A stretch of DNA of 34,511 nt from a virus (IMGVR_UViG_3300025018_000350:1-34511), one strand, 5' to 3'; positions 25,795-34,511 are shown, counted from the stretch's first letter. Made by a program: numbers and translations. The notes: generated by a model from the sequence alone, not told the origin.

Positions 25795-25825
25795 AAATCC
25801 AGAGGTAAAATTCTGGATTTTTTTT
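25795..25825 (+). terminator. Intrinsic terminator ending the late operon
   Basis: AAATCCAGA/TCTGGATTT stem plus T-run. Confidence 0.85.
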
Positions 25826-25854
25826 ATCTATATCTTTAAAAATTGTTGGACTCT

Positions 25855-25883
25855 TGTTTTAACCTGTTTTAACCTGTTTTAAC
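25855..25883 (+). repeat. Three tandem TGTTTTAAC units (10-bp period) abutting an RBS
   Basis: tgttttaac-c-tgttttaac-c-tgttttaac-aggag. Confidence 0.85.
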
Positions 25884-25893
25884 AGGAGCAAAA

Positions 25894-26064
25894 ATGAAAC
25901 AGTCAATTATGATAGGTTTGAGACTAGATTCTAAAACGTACAAAAAAGTTAACAATATAAGAGATTTAAAAAAGAAAAGTGGACGCTGGGATTTATTTGT
26001 CCTAGAGGCTATTCTAGAAAAAGAACAAAAAGAAAAAGGAAGTAAAAAAGATGGAAGAAAATAA
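25894..26064 (+). CDS. 56-aa ribbon-helix-helix-like DNA-binding protein
   Basis: Manual translation MKQSIMIGLRLDSKTYKKV...FVLEAILEK; AGGAG RBS. Confidence 0.6.
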   Translation: MKQSIMIGLRLDSKTYKKVNNIRDLKKKSGRWDLFVLEAILEKEQKEKGSKKDGRK

Positions 26065-26701
26065 GATTTTAATAAAGCTACATGCGATTAAAAAAAGTAT
26101 TCCTAAAATATCTAAAGATGGTACAAACCCATTTTTTAATGGAAGTAAGTATCTAACATTAGAAAAGATTGTTGGAGTATTAACTCCGATACTTGAAGAA
26201 AATAATACTGTATTGTACCACAGCCAAGAGGAAAACAGATTATTCACATGCCTTTTCGATATAGAAAGTGGTCAGGAATTAAAAACAAGCTACCCTATTA
26301 ACGATACATTAGTTGATCAAAAAATAGGCTCAGCGTTAACATATGGTAGACGATATTCTATTTGTTTAATGTTCGGAATAGTCGCAGATGAAGATGATGA
26401 TGGGAATAAAGCAGCTAGTAAAGAAAAACCAAAAGAAGAAGGTAAAAAACAGGAAGAAAAGAAAGACACTAACGCAACGCCAAGTGACTCTAAAATGGAT
26501 AAGAGTCTAACTAAATTACAAGGTGAAGTTTATACTGCACTTAAAAGTAAAACACCAGAAGTTGAAATGAACAATATTAACATTAGGTGGAATAAAGCGA
26601 AAAATCTTTTACCTAGTCCAGAAGTATTTAAAAAAGGTGAAAGTTATATAAAGACAATTTGTGAGAAAAATAATTTTGAATTAAAGGATGTAAAAAAATG
26701 A
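26051..26701 (+). CDS. erf: ERF-family single-strand annealing recombinase
   Basis: GSALTYGRRY...GI..DEDDDGN signature. Confidence 0.93.
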   Translation: MEENKILIKLHAIKKSIPKISKDGTNPFFNGSKYLTLEKIVGVLTPILEENNTVLYHSQEENRLFTCLFDIESGQELKTSYPINDTLVDQKIGSALTYGRRYSICLMFGIVADEDDDGNKAASKEKPKEEGKKQEEKKDTNATPSDSKMDKSLTKLQGEVYTALKSKTPEVEMNNINIRWNKAKNLLPSPEVFKKGESYIKTICEKNNFELKDVKK

Positions 26702-27195
26702 GTATCTATATTTTAAATCAAGTGATCCAACAAACTATTGAAGCTGCTATCGACCAAGAGACAGGTGAAATTTTAAATAATGATCTAATGGAAAGATTGG
26801 AACAGCTATCAGTTGATAAAAATGAACTGCTCTTAGATTTAGGATGTGACCTAGTAAATACTAAAGCATCTATTAAAAGTATTGAAGATCAAGAAAAGAT
26901 TTTATCAGCCAGAAAATCTAGATTAAAAAAACATTATGAAGGAATGGAAAAGCTATTAAAAAAAGAATTAACGGAAGGTGAAAAACTTTCTGATGGTCGT
27001 GTTTCTTTAAAGTGGCGTAAATCTTCTGCTGTAGTAATTGAAGATGAAGATAGATTGTTAGAATCTAGGAAAGATTTATTTAAGGAAAAAATCACTTACT
27101 CTCCAGATAAAACTTTAATTAAAACATTAATTAAATCTGGTGAAGAGATTGATTATTGTAAGATAGATGAAAGAATGAATTTGGTGGTCGAATAA
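26698..27195 (+). CDS. Siphovirus gp157-family protein
   Basis: ID.ETGEI, RKS.AV.I and PDK..IK..IK.GEEI motifs. Confidence 0.85.
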   Translation: MSIYILNQVIQQTIEAAIDQETGEILNNDLMERLEQLSVDKNELLLDLGCDLVNTKASIKSIEDQEKILSARKSRLKKHYEGMEKLLKKELTEGEKLSDGRVSLKWRKSSAVVIEDEDRLLESRKDLFKEKITYSPDKTLIKTLIKSGEEIDYCKIDERMNLVVE

Positions 27196-27941
27196 TGAAA
27201 GAGTTGCAAATATTAGAAGATAAAGACATTATTTGGGCAATAGAATACGAACTAACTTTAGATGAAAATTATGAAAAGGTTATTGTGACAAATGACTCTC
27301 AGCTTGAAAAAGCTGAGGTTGAAATCAAAAAAGCAAAATCTGAAAAGAAAAGCCTTTTAGATAAAATCAAACCTATTAAGCAAAAGATAGATGATTTTAA
27401 ATCTAAATTTATTTCTAAGGAAAAAACTGAATTTAGCAAAGTGGACAAATTTATTGAAGAGCAAGAGAAAGAAATTAAAGCTTATAAAAAATTCAAGTTA
27501 GATGAACAGAATAAACTTAAAAAAGAGGCAGAAGAAAAGGCACGTGAAGAGGCTAGGAAATTAAGACTAGAGGAAGAAAAGAAAATAGAAGATGCTAGAA
27601 AGTTGAAAGAGGCTGAACTTGAATCCGTTAAAGAGTCCAGCGAACCAACTACAGAAAGATCGCAAAAAGCTTCTGAGATAGTAGAGGAAATCAAACAACT
27701 AGATTCTATCGTAATTCCAGAGGTAGAAATCAAACCTGAAAAAGTTATTCTTAAAAAAGATGAAATAAAAACTAAAAAAGTTTTCTCCATATCAGATGAA
27801 AAAGCTTTTATAGAATTTGCTTTACAGAATAACAGAACATTGGTTCAAATTTCTATCGCTAAAAGTATGTTCAATGAATGGATTAAAAAAGAAGAAAATC
27901 AAAAGCATTCTTTTATTTCATTTACTGAAGAAATAGTTTAA
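27195..27941 (+). CDS. Coiled-coil hypothetical protein of the recombination module
   Basis: ORF track; K/E-rich helical sequence. Confidence 0.75.
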   Translation: MKELQILEDKDIIWAIEYELTLDENYEKVIVTNDSQLEKAEVEIKKAKSEKKSLLDKIKPIKQKIDDFKSKFISKEKTEFSKVDKFIEEQEKEIKAYKKFKLDEQNKLKKEAEEKAREEARKLRLEEEKKIEDARKLKEAELESVKESSEPTTERSQKASEIVEEIKQLDSIVIPEVEIKPEKVILKKDEIKTKKVFSISDEKAFIEFALQNNRTLVQISIAKSMFNEWIKKEENQKHSFISFTEEIV

Positions 27942-27948
27942 CAAAAGT

Positions 27949-27968
27949 CCGTAGCATTAAAGCTACGG
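27949..27968. other. Intergenic hairpin CCGTAGC/GCTACGG without a U-tract
   Basis: Perfect 7-bp GC-rich stem. Confidence 0.6.
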
Positions 27969-27993
27969 CATAACAATTAAAAAGGATAAAAAA

Positions 27994-28572
27994 ATGATAG
28001 TATCAATTAACAGAAAATCAATTACAAAAGAAATGGAATTTAAATTAAAAAATAGTAAATGGAAATTAAAAGAAGATTTACTTATGGGACCATTTGATGG
28101 TAATTATGTAGAATTTAATTTTTATAATCTAACGATTAGTAAATGCACATATGCATATTCTATTTTAAAAGCAGATGAACAAAGTATTCTAAATTTAATA
28201 ACCTTAGTTACTGACTTAGGCAAAAATGAAGACCAGTTCGACCTCGAACTATGTAAAAGAAATAATATGTATTGCCTTGCAGAAATAGATGGGATAAGTT
28301 TAGTTAGATGTAAATTACTTTCTCCATATAATATTGGGAATACAGAAAATTATGCTTTAGAGTATGATGGAAAAGTATATCTAAGAAGTAAGCTAAAGAA
28401 TTTTGATAAAGGCAAATGGTTTAATTTTTACCATAATTCTAAAACTAATGAATATTCTATTGATCCTAAAGCTAGTAAATTTAAAGAAGAAAGTGAAGTT
28501 GTAAGTAAATTAAGGATATTTACCAGAGATAGAAACCTAAAATTTATTGGGTGTAAGAAAGTAGATTTATAA
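27994..28572 (+). CDS. Hypothetical protein
   Basis: ORF track; AAGGA RBS. Confidence 0.75.
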   Translation: MIVSINRKSITKEMEFKLKNSKWKLKEDLLMGPFDGNYVEFNFYNLTISKCTYAYSILKADEQSILNLITLVTDLGKNEDQFDLELCKRNNMYCLAEIDGISLVRCKLLSPYNIGNTENYALEYDGKVYLRSKLKNFDKGKWFNFYHNSKTNEYSIDPKASKFKEESEVVSKLRIFTRDRNLKFIGCKKVDL

Positions 28573-28580
28573 AAACTAAA

Positions 28581-28606
28581 GTCTAGGGAATTAATTTTTC
28601 CTAGAC
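28581..28606. other. Inverted repeat GTCTAGG...CCTAGAC overlapping a possible -35 (TAGACA)
   Basis: Seen directly. Confidence 0.6.
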
Positions 28607-28632
28607 AATAATTTATGGGATGCATAATTTAG

Positions 28633-28725
28633 TTATATCGGAAGGCAAACCGATATAAAAAGCTTTTTGATAAGTCTTAGTTTGGAAATTGCCGCCAATC
28701 TAGGACATATTAAAAGGCTTTTTTT
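28633..28725 (+). ncRNA. Candidate structured RNA/attenuator: two hairpins with complementary loops, ending in a U-tract
   Basis: 9-bp perfect stem with loop AAGGCAAA; ~27-bp stem with G-U pairs and loop AAATTGCCG; then T7. Confidence 0.6.
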
Positions 28726-28902
28726 ATTTGTTCTGCCTCCGCATTATTGGAGGAAAGTTGAGAAGATTTTTAAAAACTAAAAAAACGCTTAGAATCAATT
28801 TTAACGGGTTCTTTTTTTATACCTTATACAATCTAGTGAAAAATATTAGAATGCTTCTCCAGATTAATTCTGAGAGTAATTTCATAGCTTTAAGGATGTA
28901 TT

Positions 28903-29868
28903 ATGGAACTAAATAAGACTGAAACAGATGTTTTATTAATTGTAAGGAAAATACAAGGTCAAAATAACTTTGCAAAATTAAGAAAAAAGAAGATAGCATC
29001 ATCAATAAATAAAAGTGAAAAAACTGTTCAGCGGGTTTTTAAAAGCTTAGAGGCAAAAGGATATATTTTTAGGAAACATATTCCAGGAAAGACAAGTTGC
29101 TATTCTCTTGTACCAAAAGATACGCAAGTCGCAAAAGTAATAGAGTTAGCTTTATACAGAATGGAAAAACCAAAGTATGGACAGTTTAAGCTTGTTTGTA
29201 ATGGCGAAAATGTCCCTACTGAAAGACCAAAAATGAAAGCTGATACAATCTCGGCAAAATTATTTTATGCCTCTGAATTGTCCCTACCCAAAAAGAAAAA
29301 ATGTCCTGACCGAAAGCCGAAAAATGTCCCCACAAGACAATCTTTAATAGACAATCTATTAAAATCGGCAGAAGCCTCTTTTATAACTCCACCTGAAAAT
29401 ATTCCTAAAACTAAAAAGCAAATTGAAGTTGAAAATATTAAATATATAGAATCTTACATTTTTAATTTTTGGGAATATCTTGATAAAAAATTTGTATATT
29501 CTTATCCAAGAGAAAGAAAACAAATAAAGAGACTTTTATTAGTATGTACGCCAAATGAAATATGTAATAGGTTTTTACAATTATATAGATTAACTGAGAG
29601 TGATCCTTTCTACTCTAAGTGGCAACTAACACCTTGCGGACTTTCCTATTTTATGATTTCAACCTTACAAACTATAAACAAAAACTCTCAAGAGCAGCTA
29701 GACAGGAAGCCATTTAAACCTATTAAAAGGAAGCTAGGTAAAAAGACTTATTCTATTTCTCAAGAATATGATTCTTGGTGTAAAGGTTTCCCAAACTATG
29801 TTACAGAATTAAGGAAGCTTAAAGCAATGAAGAGGAAATTAGAAAAAATAGACTCTAGAGAATTTTAA
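28903..29868 (+). CDS. Replication initiator with N-terminal winged HTH
   Basis: IASSINKSEKTVQRVFKSLEAKGYI HTH; internal iterons; DnaC-like gene downstream. Confidence 0.8.
   Translation: MELNKTETDVLLIVRKIQGQNNFAKLRKKKIASSINKSEKTVQRVFKSLEAKGYIFRKHIPGKTSCYSLVPKDTQVAKVIELALYRMEKPKYGQFKLVCNGENVPTERPKMKADTISAKLFYASELSLPKKKKCPDRKPKNVPTRQSLIDNLLKSAEASFITPPENIPKTKKQIEVENIKYIESYIFNFWEYLDKKFVYSYPRERKQIKRLLLVCTPNEICNRFLQLYRLTESDPFYSKWQLTPCGLSYFMISTLQTINKNSQEQLDRKPFKPIKRKLGKKTYSISQEYDSWCKGFPNYVTELRKLKAMKRKLEKIDSREF
29207..29363. repeat. Putative replication origin: four AA(A/T)TGTCC iterons plus a TTTAATAGA/TCTATTAAA palindrome
   Basis: Iterons near 29207, 29276, 29298 and 29321; palindrome at 29343-29363. 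Confidence 0.65.
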
Positions 29869-29870
29869 AA

Positions 29871-29929
29871 AAAAATACTTAATCCCACAAAAAAGGTGTG
29901 GACAAATAGTTTACACTAAAGTATGGTAA
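29871..29929 (+). promoter_or_regulatory. Early promoter/operator, copy A
   Basis: -35 TGGACA 29899, 17 nt, -10 TATGGT 29922; 53/59 identical to 34351-34409. Confidence 0.8.
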
Positions 29930-29949
29930 TAAGTAAGGAAGTAAAAAAG

Positions 29950-30369
29950 ATGATAGAAATTAACGGAAAAGTAAAAGAGTTTTTTGGGACAATAGATGGG
30001 AATGAAAAAATATATTATTCTAAGCCAACTTGGGATTGTGGTTGGTATTGGGCTTTTGGATATTTAGGGAATCAAAATTGTCACTACCATTTAAGTGGGT
30101 TTGCAGATGGTCGTAATATTAATATGTACGATGCTTTAAAAGAAGATTATGACCTTAATCCTAAATTAGAAAATCAATTATGGGAATTTTGTGAATTAGT
30201 TCAAACAGCTTATACACTTAAAAAAGCAGCAGAAGTTTAAGGTAGAGGTGGGAGTCACTACTGTCAAAACCCAGTATCAGATTTAATTAAAAATCTAGAA
30301 GAGGTAAAAAGAATTAATGAAAAAGTTTTACCTGCTATTTTTAATGAGATAGCAAAAATTTTTGAATAA
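29950..30369 (+). pseudogene. Conserved-looking phage protein (WDCGWYW.FGY motif) with an internal TAA at 30238-30240
   Basis: Frame continues 42 codons (GRGGSHYC...IFE) after the stop; start 29950 follows a GGAAG RBS. Confidence 0.7.
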
Positions 30370-30383
30370 AAATAAATTACAAA

Positions 30384-30405
30384 AGCCTTTATTAATTTAA
30401 AGGCT
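30384..30405. terminator. Intergenic hairpin AGCCTTTA/TAAAGGCT (terminator-like)
   Basis: 8-bp stem; no clear + strand U-tract. Confidence 0.4.
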
Positions 30406-30431
30406 ATAAATAAAAGGCAGAGTATTAACAA

Positions 30432-30665
30432 ATGACAGAATTTTATGGATATATAACAATAAATAATCTTGCTATTACTGTGGAAGAAATAGAAAATATT
30501 TGCGATCACTTTTTAGAAGATTTTCAAAACACAAAAAAGAAAACTTCTATATTAGTTAGAACAGGACATACCGCAGATGCTTTAAAAAATATAAAAAGAA
30601 TGAGAATATATACTAAAATAAAAATAGTATCTGATGTTTATAATTACATGGAGAAAAATAAATAA
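30432..30665 (+). CDS. Hypothetical protein
   Basis: ORF track; TAATG coupling. Confidence 0.65.
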   Translation: MTEFYGYITINNLAITVEEIENICDHFLEDFQNTKKKTSILVRTGHTADALKNIKRMRIYTKIKIVSDVYNYMEKNK

Positions 30666-31549
30666 TGGAAGTATGTAATCATTGTAATGGAGAAAGAAAA
30701 TCTATAAGACTTTTTGATCCTAAAACAAGAAAAGTATTTTATTCTTTAGTAGATGCCAACAATCACTTTTACCCTACTTCAAATAAGCTAGCATTAGACA
30801 GGTTTAAAGATAAAGGAGTAAATCTATCTACATTTTGGAATATGGCTTCAGTATTTTTAGAATTAAATAAAGAAGATACTTTCAGACAGCGTAGAGAGTT
30901 AGAAAATAAAAACTATTATAGTTTAGAAGAAAGCATCTGCAATTGCCCATTTTGTTCTAAGGATAGAGACAAGCTCGAATATTATTATATTAATTCAAGG
31001 GAAGATAAGATCATTAATGGAAGCTTTTTTGAAACTATAATTGAATCTGGAATACTCTCTAAACAGATTGTAAATCACTTCTTAAAAATTAAATTAGAAA
31101 ATCAAATTCCAAAGCCTGTTATATTAGCTGGAGATTCTAGAGCAGGGAAAAGTCTTTTACTAAAATATCTTTATAATAAAACATTAAAACTAGGTAACGA
31201 CCCAAAATTAGTTCATTATATAAAAGAAATGAAAATGTTTGAATCATTTATAGATGAAAGAGAATATAAGAGTTTTATGGCACAGCTTAAAGGTATAAAA
31301 TATCTGTTCGTTGATGAATTTATGGCAGTCGAAAATTGGAAGGATGTATATGCAGATAGAGAAAAAGCAACCTCAAGACATAAAAACGCTTTTCTTTTTT
31401 GGGACACTATAAGCGAATCGGGTGTTAATATATATCTAGCAACTAATCTATCTTTTAACCTTTACACTAAAGAAGAGTCTACCCAAAGATTGGTTAATAG
31501 AGTTAGAGAAAAAGCAGAAGTAATAGAGGTTAGGTTAAATAATGATTGA
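30665..31549 (+). CDS. DnaC/IstB-like AAA+ ATPase (helicase loader)
   Basis: CxxC and CxCxxC zinc ligands; Walker A GDSRAGKS; Walker B LFVDE; ATNL; RL..R. Confidence 0.85.
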   Translation: MEVCNHCNGERKSIRLFDPKTRKVFYSLVDANNHFYPTSNKLALDRFKDKGVNLSTFWNMASVFLELNKEDTFRQRRELENKNYYSLEESICNCPFCSKDRDKLEYYYINSREDKIINGSFFETIIESGILSKQIVNHFLKIKLENQIPKPVILAGDSRAGKSLLLKYLYNKTLKLGNDPKLVHYIKEMKMFESFIDEREYKSFMAQLKGIKYLFVDEFMAVENWKDVYADREKATSRHKNAFLFWDTISESGVNIYLATNLSFNLYTKEESTQRLVNRVREKAEVIEVRLNND

Positions 31550-31745
31550 ATATAAATATGTTATAGTTTTATTAGGAATAAATACTTTAATTTGTATTTA
31601 TATAATGCAATACCTTGTTAGAACTACAAAAGAAACAATTGTATTTATTAATGATCTTTACCCTGTTAAAAAATACGATGTAGGTAAAAATTTAACATAC
31701 TATAAAATAACTAAAACATGGATCGACGATGAACAAACCAATTAA
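31542..31745 (+). CDS. Small protein with an N-terminal TM helix
   Basis: ORF track; hydrophobic N-terminus. Confidence 0.6.
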   Translation: MIEYKYVIVLLGINTLICIYIMQYLVRTTKETIVFINDLYPVKKYDVGKNLTYYKITKTWIDDEQTN

Positions 31746-31977
31746 AAATACATTTATTTGTATTGCTTGTGAAAATGTGACAATTATTGAAGAGCAATTC
31801 CAAAACTGTTGCGATGATAGTTGTTATGTCCCAGCTTACTTCTGTACAAAAACTGAGAGAGAATATTTAAACAAAACTAAAAGAAAGTTTGTATTAGAAA
31901 ATAAATCAGATCATTTATGGAGAGATTTAAAAGCATCTATTCAATCTATAATAGCGGTAATAAAAAAACATGGCTAA
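31729..31977 (+). CDS. Cys-rich hypothetical protein
   Basis: CIAC...CC...C pattern. Confidence 0.65.
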   Translation: MNKPIKNTFICIACENVTIIEEQFQNCCDDSCYVPAYFCTKTEREYLNKTKRKFVLENKSDHLWRDLKASIQSIIAVIKKHG

Positions 31978-32257
31978 AAAAATGACTCCATCTAGAATCC
32001 TTTCTGCTTTAAGAAAATTGTGGCTACAATCTCCAGAACGATATGAGGCAACTGTTAAAGCTAAAATTAAACTTGGTTCAAGAGTACTAGGATATAGATG
32101 TAAAAAATGTAATATTATTACAAAGCAATTCGACGTGGATCATATTATACCTGTTGGATCGTATAAAGCAGGTTGGGATCAAGTAATCAAAAACCTATTC
32201 TGTCCAGTGGAAGGCTTGCAAATACTTTGTAAAAGGTGTCATGGAGAAAAAAAATGA
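31970..32257 (+). CDS. HNH endonuclease
   Basis: CKKC, VDHIIP and LQILCKRCH motifs. Confidence 0.9.
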   Translation: MAKKMTPSRILSALRKLWLQSPERYEATVKAKIKLGSRVLGYRCKKCNIITKQFDVDHIIPVGSYKAGWDQVIKNLFCPVEGLQILCKRCHGEKK

Positions 32258-32652
32258 TTCTAGGATTTATGAAAAATTTTAAATCTGGAAAACCTACTAA
32301 TTTTCCAGAAAAGATTAAAGCAAAGATTAAAAAAACTACAATAAGAAAAGGCAATAGATGGAAAGTCGGCGATAAAATCCATTTTGCAACAGGCGTTAGA
32401 ACAAAAAAATATAAACAATTTGCATATGTCATTTGCACTTCTGTTAGACGCATTGCTATTAATCCAAAAGAGAAAAGTGTAAGTATAGAAAAAGTTATTT
32501 CTAGCTCAAAGTATATTATGAAACATTATTTTGCTTTTCAAGTTGAAGATATAGCAAAGAATGATAGATTTGATTCATTAGATGATTTTTGGTTATACTT
32601 TAATGAATATTTTGAAGGTCAGATAATAACATGGGAATTATTTAATGGGTAA
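32254..32652 (+). CDS. ASCH-domain protein
   Basis: K..TIR...RWKVGD and A.ND.FDS..DF..YF motifs; start 32254 by ATGA overlap. Confidence 0.8.
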   Translation: MILGFMKNFKSGKPTNFPEKIKAKIKKTTIRKGNRWKVGDKIHFATGVRTKKYKQFAYVICTSVRRIAINPKEKSVSIEKVISSSKYIMKHYFAFQVEDIAKNDRFDSLDDFWLYFNEYFEGQIITWELFNG

Positions 32653-32911
32653 GAAAACTGAAATAAATAATAAAGCTTATGAAATTAATAATAAGAATTT
32701 AAGCGATATAGAATACTGTGAGGCAGCTTTATCTACTTGCAATGGATTCTGTAAAAGAACTATCGCACATAGGAAGAAAAGAAGATTCTACAATAGCGTA
32801 GATGAATTAACTAATCCTAACGAGGTAGCAATAATTGGATCTTATTGTCATTCTGTTATGGAAAAAGATCCAAAATTAACTGAAGAAATATTTAAAAGGA
32901 TTAGAGGATGA
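32645..32911 (+). CDS. HNH-like/zinc-binding small protein
   Basis: CE....C, AHRKKR and CH motifs. Confidence 0.5.
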   Translation: MGKKTEINNKAYEINNKNLSDIEYCEAALSTCNGFCKRTIAHRKKRRFYNSVDELTNPNEVAIIGSYCHSVMEKDPKLTEEIFKRIRG

Positions 32912-32917
32912 CGAGTT

Positions 32918-33172
32918 ATGAATGATAAACTAACAAAGGAAGATAACATAACAACTGAAGATTTATTCGATAAAGGATTTGTTCTAAAGAAACAAGGTAC
33001 TTGCGGGCAAGACGAATGGGCTGGAATGGATTTATGGATTTACCAAAAAGACAGAAATCTAGTTTTACGTGGAAGTGTTCGGGATTTAAAACTTAACGGC
33101 TATTACAATTCAAGCATTCAAACAAAGCAAGAATTAGATATATTGGTTAATACACTTACGAGGTTCAGTTAA
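32918..33172 (+). CDS. Hypothetical protein
   Basis: ORF track. Confidence 0.7.
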   Translation: MNDKLTKEDNITTEDLFDKGFVLKKQGTCGQDEWAGMDLWIYQKDRNLVLRGSVRDLKLNGYYNSSIQTKQELDILVNTLTRFS

Positions 33173-33297
33173 TGGAAGATAACAAAAAACAAAATGAAGT
33201 TTTGATTGAATTTCAAAAAATTCTTACCGAAAAACAAATAGACATCCCTAAGGATTTCTCAGATATTTTAAATAAAAAATTTATGGAGCTATTTTAA
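33172..33297 (+). CDS. 41-aa hypothetical protein
   Basis: Manual translation MEDNKKQNEV...FMELF; TAATG coupling on both sides. Confidence 0.6.
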   Translation: MEDNKKQNEVLIEFQKILTEKQIDIPKDFSDILNKKFMELF

Positions 33298-33593
33298 TGG
33301 AATATAAACTAACAGAATTTGAAAATAAAGTCTTGGAAGTATTAGAACAAAGTGCCTATATATCTTCGACTTATGTTCAAGATGAAGTTGATTATGCAAC
33401 TTTCATAGACTTACTCCGTAAAATTATGCCCCCAACTTGTACCCCAAACGAACGTAAGTTTTTGAACCGACTTAACAAAGATTTTTACTACAACGAAGTA
33501 GAAAATGGGATTACAAATAAAGGTAATGAGTATGATATTTTGTATCAAGATACTTTCCCCGACATTAATTTAAAGGAGTTAGTAGATGAATAG
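33297..33593 (+). CDS. Hypothetical protein
   Basis: ORF track; GGAG RBS. Confidence 0.7.
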   Translation: MEYKLTEFENKVLEVLEQSAYISSTYVQDEVDYATFIDLLRKIMPPTCTPNERKFLNRLNKDFYYNEVENGITNKGNEYDILYQDTFPDINLKELVDE

Positions 33594-33666
33594 TGGAGTA
33601 TCTATTGTCCAAGAGACACTTGCGAAAGATATTAATTTTATACTGGGCATAGGCTAACAAGTAAGA

Positions 33667-34092
33667 ATGGATAGCATAGGAATATTTGATGATGATGGAA
33701 TATGGATTGCTGAAGATAAGCAAAATTTTAAAATCTTTTTAGAAAAGAATGCTTATAAGCGAACAATATTAAAAACAAAAGTTTGGAAAAAAGAAAGAAG
33801 TAATAATCAGAATGCTTACTACTGGGGAGTAGTTATTGAACTAATCTGTGAGCATACTGGGTATTTTCCTTTTGAATTACACGAACTTATGAAATTCCAA
33901 TTTAATAGGGTAGTAAGGAAAGACAACTTTGGAAATGAAAAATCTTTCCCAGGTTCAACTACCGATTTAGATACTATGTCATTTGAAGTCTATCTAGATA
34001 AAATTAGGAAATGGGCAGCCATAGAATATGGGATTTATATCCCGCTTCCAAATGAATGTATAGAAAGTTTTAAATATTCTGTAGATATATAA
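33667..34092 (+). CDS. NinB-like recombination protein
   Basis: RSNNQNAYYW, STTDL...F..Y...I and LP.P motifs. Confidence 0.8.
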   Translation: MDSIGIFDDDGIWIAEDKQNFKIFLEKNAYKRTILKTKVWKKERSNNQNAYYWGVVIELICEHTGYFPFELHELMKFQFNRVVRKDNFGNEKSFPGSTTDLDTMSFEVYLDKIRKWAAIEYGIYIPLPNECIESFKYSVDI

Positions 34093-34117
34093 TTAAAAAG
34101 GTGGACAAAACGTTCAC
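34088..34117 (+). promoter_or_regulatory. TATAAT plus operator GTGGAC-AAAAC-GTTCAC before the HTH gene
   Basis: Same palindromic core as promoters A and B; no good -35 seen. Confidence 0.6.
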
Positions 34118-34350
34118 AAGGAATAAAAAAAGATATGGGAAAAAAGAAAATAAATATAGAACAGGCAGAAAAGCAGTACAATAATTTAAAGATTATTTAT
34201 ACAAACTATTTAAAAGAAAAAATAGAGGCTTATGGAGTTAGCTATCTATCTAAAAAGATTAGTATAGATAGGGGTCAATTTTATGTAGCGATTAAAAGAG
34301 AATCGTTCGAATCAATTAAAAGGCTTTCCCATTTAATTAAAGAAATGGAA

Positions 34351-34493
<143 letters not shown>

Positions 34494-34511
34494 TGGAAAT
34501 GACATTTATAG

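Noticed and set aside
28640-28700. c-di-GMP-I riboswitch suggested by GGCAAAC
   Set aside because: No GNRA tetraloop/receptor or downstream GCAAAG element; the motif sits in a simple hairpin loop
30238-30240. Alternative genetic code (stop reassignment)
   Set aside because: TAA, TAG and TGA all end genes at sensible boundaries, and long genes are intact under code 11
250-32453. Other minus-strand track ORFs and nested alternative-frame ORFs (e.g. 5812-6027, 28728-28916)
   Set aside because: They overlap well-supported genes or structured intergenic DNA and lack motifs or an RBS
33586-33657. 23-aa ORF after AAGGAG, with YCPRDTCERY in another frame
   Set aside because: Too short to call; possibly a gene remnant but unsupported

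Overview
An apparently complete, circularly assembled genome of about 34.4 kb from an AT-rich tailed dsDNA phage with a siphovirus-type tail. Positions 1-109 recur at 34387-34511, and essentially all credible genes lie on the + strand. Gene order: small early/accessory genes and SSB; ParB-like and TGT/DpdA-like genes; terminase; portal, protease/scaffold, cement and capsid; neck; tail with a -1 frameshift chaperone; tape measure, Dit, hub and Gly-rich fibre; SGNH esterase and STAS-like membrane protein; lysis genes (C39-like peptidase, holin, single-chain spanin-like lipoprotein, implying a diderm host); RHH, ERF and gp157 recombination genes; HTH replication initiator with internal iterons; DnaC-like loader; HNH, ASCH, NinB-like and HTH regulator genes. 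I see no integrase, DNA polymerase, tRNA, CRISPR array or reverse transcriptase. The most unusual non-coding signals are: (1) a (TAAG)n array forming the whole leader behind an operator-overlapped promoter, with 17 versus 21 units in the two copies; (2) a three-site GTGGAC-N5-GTNNAC operator circuit; (3) a ~95-nt two-hairpin RNA with complementary loops upstream of the replication initiator; and (4) several single-base lesions in early genes. All family assignments come from motif recognition by eye; no database searches were run.
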